Shown here: piece after piece, positions 1-6,900 of the stretch | Layout: every line of letters begins with the position of its first letter | Numbering within the stretch: position 1 is the stretch's first letter | Origin: a virus | Taxonomy: Duplodnaviria; Caudoviricetes | Virus record (IMG/VR): IMGVR_UViG_3300012953_000215 | Span: 1-24,632 of that record | Direction: 5' to 3' (one strand) | DNA length: 24,632 nt | The notes under the pieces: model-generated | Told to the model about the DNA's origin: nothing | Database searches by the model: none | Seen by the model: the letters and a program-made list of their open reading frames with translations, nothing else | Position numbers and translations under genes: made by a program

Positions 1-125
1 CTATCCTTATATTGATTTGTACCACCGTAACTGCCTATACCAGTTACATATGCCATTTCACCCCAATTCAAACTACCTGGTTTTGTAGTACCAGAGGATC
101 GTTTGATTCTAATAATACTGGCCAT
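1..125 (-). CDS. Tail fiber-like protein, N-terminal fragment (continues beyond window start)
   Basis: Not in the ORF track. ATG at 125-123 overlaps the TAA of the 75-aa ORF (TAATG). Manual translation is MASIIRIKRSSGTTKPGSLNWGEMAYVTGIGSYGGTNQYKD..., open to the window edge. The 'IRIKRS...P..L..GE.A' start is typical of fiber N-terminal (Mtd_N-like) domains of T4-like cyanophages. Confidence 0.8.
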   Translation of the reverse strand, partial: MASIIRIKRSSGTTKPGSLNWGEMAYVTGIGSYGGTNQYKD

Positions 126-352
126 TAAAAGTTACCCCCGTTGATGTCTAAGTTCTGTGCTGCACCTGGAGTCAACTCCAACGTTGCGTCAAATTTTTTC
201 GTCACACCATTATATACTAATACCATTCCATTTGATAAAATGGAAGCATTTACATCGCTTAATTCTGATAATGATAGAGTTTGGGAACCTGCCAGAGATG
301 AAATCACCTTTGTGGCATTTTGTTGTCCAACTCTGACTTTGATATCTGCCAT
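125..352 (-). CDS. Small fiber-associated hypothetical protein (75 aa)
   Basis: ORF track. Lies directly downstream of a TATAAATA late promoter and is coupled to the fiber gene. Contains LSELSDVN....NGMVLVYN...KF (fiber-shaft-like motif) and ends in INGGNF. Confidence 0.8.
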   Translation of the reverse strand: MADIKVRVGQQNATKVISSLAGSQTLSLSELSDVNASILSNGMVLVYNGVTKKFDATLELTPGAAQNLDINGGNF

Positions 353-380
353 CTAAGTTAGCGTATTCAGATCTAAAAAG

Positions 381-388
381 TATTTATA
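381..388 (-). promoter_or_regulatory. T4-type late promoter (gp55 sigma), TATAAATA
   Basis: Plus strand tatttata at 381-388 reads TATAAATA on minus. It sits in the 41-nt gap, 28 nt upstream of the ATG at 352. A second, overlapping GATAAATA is at 387-394. Confidence 0.85.
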
Positions 389-393
389 TTTAT

Positions 394-597
394 CTATGAC
401 GTTATCTTTGACGTTAGTTGCTTTAACGCTAATTTAAGTTCTTCAATCTCGTTTTTCATATTATCTATCTCCGTTTTTTTATCTAAATTTCGTATTTTAT
501 CAGAGATATAATCATTATAAGAATTTTTATCATGATTTATAATAGCCCCTGTATTTTCATCACGAAAAAGATTTTTGTGTCCTTCTACTGGTATCAT
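394..597 (-). CDS. Small hypothetical protein with C-terminal coiled coil (67 aa)
   Basis: ORF track. ATGA overlap with the upstream ORF. The N-terminus PVEGHKNLFRDENTGAIIN resembles, from recall, the small gene that follows VrlC-like genes in T4-like cyanophages. Heptad pattern IDNMKNEIEELKLALKQL. Confidence 0.85.
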   Translation of the reverse strand: MIPVEGHKNLFRDENTGAIINHDKNSYNDYISDKIRNLDKKTEIDNMKNEIEELKLALKQLTSKITS

Positions 598-800
598 GAT
601 ATTTTCATATTCTTCTTAGGTTTCTTTTTAGCGAGAGGTATAGGAAGATTAAAACCAGTTCCCTTTCTAAACTTATCTGAACTCTTCTTTATCATATCCA
701 AAGTTCTGATCCTATTTGTAAGAGCATCATCTACTGTTACAGGTATAGTATCATAATTTTTTGGAGATACTTGCTCCATAAAGGTTTTGAAAGTTTTCAT
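594..800 (-). CDS. Basic small protein with putative T4-type capsid-targeting leader (candidate internal head protein), 68 aa
   Basis: ORF track. Starts MKTFKTFMEQ and has a Lys-rich tail (AKKKPKKNMKIS). ATGA overlaps on both sides (797-800 and 594-597). Confidence 0.75.
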   Translation of the reverse strand: MKTFKTFMEQVSPKNYDTIPVTVDDALTNRIRTLDMIKKSSDKFRKGTGFNLPIPLAKKKPKKNMKIS

Positions 801-934
801 AATTTTTTAGGTGGTTTGCCAGGTTCTTGTATATACGGTTTATCACCAGGTTTAGACTTAATATCTTTTTTTATTTTTTTAAGAACGTCACCAATGTGTA
901 TAAGACCTTCTTGAAATTCTTTAAATGTTTTCAT
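797..934 (-). CDS. Basic 45-aa protein with putative T4-type capsid-targeting leader (candidate internal head protein)
   Basis: Below the ORF-track cutoff. Manual translation is MKTFKEFQEGLIHIGDVLKKIKKDIKSKPGDKPYIQEPGKPPKKL*. Its ATG (934-932) overlaps the VrlC-like stop (TAATG) and its TGA (799-797) overlaps the next ATG (ATGA), exactly filling the gap. Confidence 0.75.
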   Translation of the reverse strand: MKTFKEFQEGLIHIGDVLKKIKKDIKSKPGDKPYIQEPGKPPKKL

Positions 935-3900
935 TATGCTAGTGCGATTGCTCTAAAGTCTTTTAATCTAATAGGATATGATTCATTTGTAGAAATCATA
1001 ACTATTTTAATTACAAAACCAGTGAATTGTTCCAAATTATCAACCGAGAACTGATACTCTGAGAACTTACCAACTTGATTTGGAGTTACATATGCATCTG
1101 CTCTACCGTCATTTTGACTCAGATCAATAATATCATCACCAAAACCATCTCCATCTGTATCTTTCAGATTCTTATAACCAGGAAATGGTCTGTAAGTCTG
1201 AGATACTTCACTAGAATCTGCACTGAATAATCTGTAAAATACTCTGAAATCAGATTCAGGTTGAACACTTGCACCTACTAATACTTTAAGTGATGATGCA
1301 GGTTGCTTAAGATCAACTCTTTGAGAGACAAATATTGAACCATGAGGATCATCTTCTAATTGATTTGTTCTTTGATCAGAAGGATAATTCTCTAATCCAA
1401 TTGGATTATTGATTTTATTTCTATGCAAACTAAACATTGCATTTTTAACATCAAGTTCTGGGGATAGATTTGAATCTTCAGTAAACATATTAATATTTAA
1501 TGTTACTGATTTATTTTTTGGTAAGGTTGCTAATTTAGTTGATTCATTTAATTTTGATGCAACTAATCTTGGAGTTGGGAAAAATGTTGTTTCATTTAAT
1601 GAAACTGGACTAAATCCTTGATCTATGAATGAAATTTCTGTTCCACCAGAACTTGTACCACTAATTGTTCTCATAGATGAGTTTACAGTGGTTTTACTAC
1701 CAGGTGTTATAACATTGAAATAAGGTGTCACTGAACTAAATTGATGATTCTGGGATATTTTTACATCAGATCCACCAAATGCTTTTTCATTTGTGAAACT
1801 CAAAAGATTATTACCACTAACTCTTTGTGCATCAAAACTACCAATATTAACTTGTAAATAATAATTATCAATATTTGATAGATTTTTTAGTGTAGTATTA
1901 GTAGGAATAGTAAATGTAGTATTAATACCAACTAAAGGCATTCCACTTGCTTGATATGTTTGTATATCTGCACCAGAATTGTGTGCCACTGCTTTTGTAC
2001 CTAATTGTCCTCTATTTAATGTTAATTGACCAGTACCTACAATGTAACTAACAAGTTCACTTTCAAATAAAGCAAAACCTCTATCTGTTGTTATTCCAGA
2101 ATATTTTGTAAATGGTGTAGTATCAGAAATTGAAACTGTTGTATCAGATGCAGTTACTGCTGAAGTAGTTGCAATAATTGTTGAGTCTGGTTCAACATCT
2201 TCTATTTTAACTTGATTAGTCCCACCATGATGAGCATGGTTAGTCTGAACCACCTCAAACACATTACCAGCGTAAAGATCACCGTTTACAGTGGAATCGC
2301 CATTTACAGCGACGTTTGTTGCTACAGTTCTGGTAGTATTATTAGCACCATAGTGTACGATATTTTCGTTATTAACAAATTTTTCACCATTTACGTCAGT
2401 TAGATAAAGAGTATCTATAGTAGTATTAATAGATACAACTACTAATTTTAATCCTGCACCTCTAGTTACTTTAGAACTTGAATTATCAAGAGTCAAAATG
2501 TCACCAACTTGATATCCAGTACCAGCTGATCCTCCACCTGCACCAGTTACTTTTCCACCAGTAAGTGTAATATCAACCAGACAACCACTTCCACTTCCAG
2601 TCAAAGAAATTGTTGGAATATCAGTTGAATTACTTAATGAATATCCACTTCCACCATCTACGATCTGGTATGCTAATAGTGGAGCACCTTGCCCTTCAAT
2701 AATACCAGTTATACTTATATCCTCTGCATCACTGGCAGTGCCCGTGCTTACTTTTCTACCAAGTGGAAATGCAGTTTTTGTTCTTGTTCCAGAACCATCA
2801 ATTTTAACAATTAATTTTCTAGGTAATGAACGAATTGGGTTATCTCTAATAATTTGAGTATTATCATTACCTGGTTCAATTGGTGAGTTATAGAATGTAG
2901 TAGTTCCTGTTGTTCCTGTAATAAATTTGGCTTTTCTCAACTTAAATGTTAAATCTTGATATTGACTTGCTGTCCATATTGTTCCATTTTGAGATTTAAA
3001 TAAACTACCACCAATATACTGTTTAGAAACAACAACATTCTGTACATCAGGTAAATTTGTGGTTCTTACAGTTTTTTGTCCCATAGTAGAAACCCACATT
3101 TCATATTTGTCTGAAGAAGGTGATAAGAATACAATTGCATATTCTTTACCAGGTTCCAAATAAATTGGCGACGAAAATTTAATTGTTGTTGCTATTGAAG
3201 CATCATCCGAAACTCCAATAGGGTTTCCATTATTATATGTTTGTGGATTTATTGCTAATTGAGCGTAATCTTGAACCAAATATTGTGTTGGAGTTCCTAA
3301 TTCAACTTCCCTTAATTCAACAAAGAGTTTTGCTTCAGGGTCAATTGATTTAAAGTAAACATCAAATGATGTTAAGAAAGCACCAGTTTCATCAACGGTA
3401 AATGATTGTGCTAGTGGGTCTCTATGAGGAGCCTTGAACTTTTCACCTAATCCTTCTTTATATACTAAATTTGTTTTGTAAGTTGTCTCACTTGGTTTAG
3501 TTCCAGATGGTGGTGGTGGATTTCTTACCGACACAGTAGTAGTATGTTGGGTCTGTATTGTGCCTGTTCCAGTGAATACACCAGATGCATCACTTGCATG
3601 ATCAGTGCTGCCAGGAACTGGTATAGTGCCCTCTGGAGCAGCTGTAACCCTAAATGTTTTTGTACCTGTCTCAAATAAAACTGGTGGTTTAGGAGTTAAA
3701 TTTGCATTTCTAAAGAAGAATGCTCCTAAAAGATCTCCCCAATTATCAGAGAATAGATCTATATTATCAACATTTGCAACTGCCCCACTTTCTTGTCCAA
3801 CTATTTTTGCACCTTTAACTATATAACCAAAATATTTTACTTCATTTGCTAATGAAATACAATCAATATTTAATAGTTTAGATGTAGCTGAATATGTATC

Positions 3901-6900
3901 TGATGGAGAAGGTCTAGTAATATCATATGGATCTACAGTATATGATTCGACTGAAACTGATGGTGATCCTAAACCAGCACCAACATCTGGTCTTGAAGAG
4001 TCTCCAAATTTGTGATTTGGTTTTTGTACTCTAATAAGTCCTACACCTCTACCATTTATTAAAATTTTTGCATCCTCAAATACATTAAAAGTACCAGATT
4101 CCATTGTTATCTCAACTAATTTTGGTACTATATCAGGTACACCATTATCAAGATAATGATAGTGTTTAGTTTGAGGTTTTAATCCGTTTGCACTAAAGAA
4201 AACGTTTCGAGAACGCATATAAGGATCTACTTTACTTGTGACCTTTACACTTTCAACATAATCATATTCTTTACTTGGACCTTCTAGTACATTAGAATAT
4301 GTTGTTAGGAATGTTTCTTTTTCTTGGAAAACATTAGTTACTACCTTTATCCTATCTCTATAACTATTGGAATCTGGATCTTGAATATCTATACCTGTAT
4401 CAATATCTACTCCAGTATCTTCTAAAGTAGTTCCTAATGAAACTGTATTAGGAATCTCTGCCCATGTTGCACCAGTTGATTCTACTCTATCATTGTCAAT
4501 ATATAATGTTCTTGTCCAATTGTCAGATGGTGGATTTAATATAACAGCACCCATAAAGACAATAACATTGAATGGGTTAACATTTTCAACTTCTGTAGCA
4601 TGTGGATTCTCTATCCAATCTATTTCTTCATAATCTAATGTGATCACATCACCAGTTTTTTTACAATTTGTATCTAATAATTGTAAATTAGAGTCTAGAT
4701 CTGCAGCAAATAAATCAATGCTTGGATTTAGTGCTAATTCAGGTTTTATATCCCAATTATCAACTGCACTAATTAATTCTTGCCTTACTACATCAACGTC
4801 ACACATTGATCCTCTTTCTGGATGAAAATTAATAAATCTCCTATCCTTAAAGTTATTAACAACAAAACCTGACTTAAATCGGTTCAATCCATCAGCATCT
4901 TTTACTTGTAAACTCTTCGTATCTAATTCAAGTGCATTTAACGATGTTACTGTTTCTAAATTTTGTATTCTTTTCTCAAGAGCACCAATATCTCTCATGG
5001 TAAATCTCTTATTATCCTTGAGAGTTATAATTGGATGGTTAACTGTATCAAACAAATATGCAGGTAGATATATTTCAGCAACTTCCATTGAATTTCCAAC
5101 TTCAGTAGGAGGAACAGGTATATCATCCGATTCTCCTTTTATCAATTGAACTTCCTCAAATTGATTGATAACTAATTTATCGATTCTTGGTAAGTAGTAA
5201 CTGTATCCAAATAATGAACTTTCATTTGGTGCTATTACAAATGGTAAAGTAGACTCAAATGATCTATTATTAAATGCAAATGGTGATCCACTTAATGTAG
5301 CAGGGTCAAAACTTGACACTCTAGGTCTAAAATCAAGAACATCTGAAGCTTTACATTGTCCAATGTATGGAATGTCTTTTGAATATCTTTCTTTAGTATA
5401 AGAATTTACAGTGAATAAATCACCAACATTACCAGTTGCAACTTGATACTTATCAAAGATAATTAAAAGTTTTTTAGATGGAATCCCTGACTTTGCTTTT
5501 CTAACTATCTTTGAATAATCACAATATTGAGATTTATGACCTTTATCTAAGATATAATTATTTGTCCTATCTACAAAATTACCAGTTTCAGTTCCCTGTA
5601 ATATAGTTTCAATACTAGATTCTTCAAATATTATATCCTCACCTATAATAAATTTATTTGCATTTAGATAGACAAAATTAACATCAGTTGCATTTGGAAC
5701 AGACACTACTTGTCCAATAGCACGACTATCTTTACCTACAATTTTCTCACCTATAACAAGATTTGTATTTAATGATAAACCAGATACAAATTTAATTTTA
5801 TCTAAAACAGGAGTGGATGTTGTTTTTGATTCAAAAATAGCAACAATTTTTACAACATCAGGTACATTAAGAGATATTTCTTTATCTTCAACTCTAACTC
5901 CATATGCCTCACTAGAAGTTAATGAACTTTCAAGTGTAGAAACACCTTTAGTTCTTGTGATTTCAAGTGTTTGACTTCTTATGTAATCTTTTGTTTTACT
6001 TGTAGCACCAAATTTTTTCAGTGTTACATTAACAGTTGCATTACCACTTGCTTTTGATAATCCATTAAAACTTATATCATTTCCACTATTTGTAATATTA
6101 ACTTGATCTGATGTTAGTGTTTCTACTGTACCATCAGTATAATGAATTGAATATCTTTCAGCATCAAATGGTTCAAAGAATACACTAGATACACCAACAG
6201 TTGCTGCTAAACCTACTTGAGATGAGAATGATATTGAATTACTACTAATTGGTTGTTCAAGAATTTGTTTATTGATGATTAAATTAGAATTAGCACTATC
6301 AACATTTGAAATGTATTTTTTAGGTAATTTTGCAAAAATACTAGATTTTTCAAAGTTTAATACTTGTGCAACTTTAATTCTAAAGATGGATGAAGTAGAA
6401 ACTCCAGATAATACAGATCCTTCGTTTATACCTGCCACATCAACAGTTTGAGATAATGTAAGTGTATCACCATCAGTGTTTATATTTGATATTTTATTAA
6501 AGTGAGGAACGTTTCCTTGACCATTATTATATGCAATAATTGAATCAGTTTTTATACCAGTATTTGCAAAATTACGTCCATTTACACTTGCAGAATTGTT
6601 TATGATATTTAATTGATCTGATATTGAAAAACCAGGTAATAATTTATTAAACAGAACTGCGTCAGCACTAAAATCAGATGCTAGTGTGGATTCAACTTTA
6701 GATTTAGATTGAAAAATTGATTTTATATCCTCAATGCTATATGAAATAACACCAGGTAATCCAATTGTTCCATTCAGTATTGATGCAGTTTCAGATGTTT
6801 CTCTCTCATTAAATATTATTTGTTCACCTTCTATAAATTTACCAGTTGTTTGTGATAAGTTTAATTCATTAAAACCTGAAGTATTCGCATCTTCAGCAAG

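Noticed and set aside
866-880. A7-T-A7 run (minus strand) in the 45-aa ORF as a programmed frameshift site
   Set aside because: It is explained by Lys codons (KKIKK). A -1 shift meets TAA within a few codons, so it would not fuse to the next ORF, and no stimulatory structure is evident.
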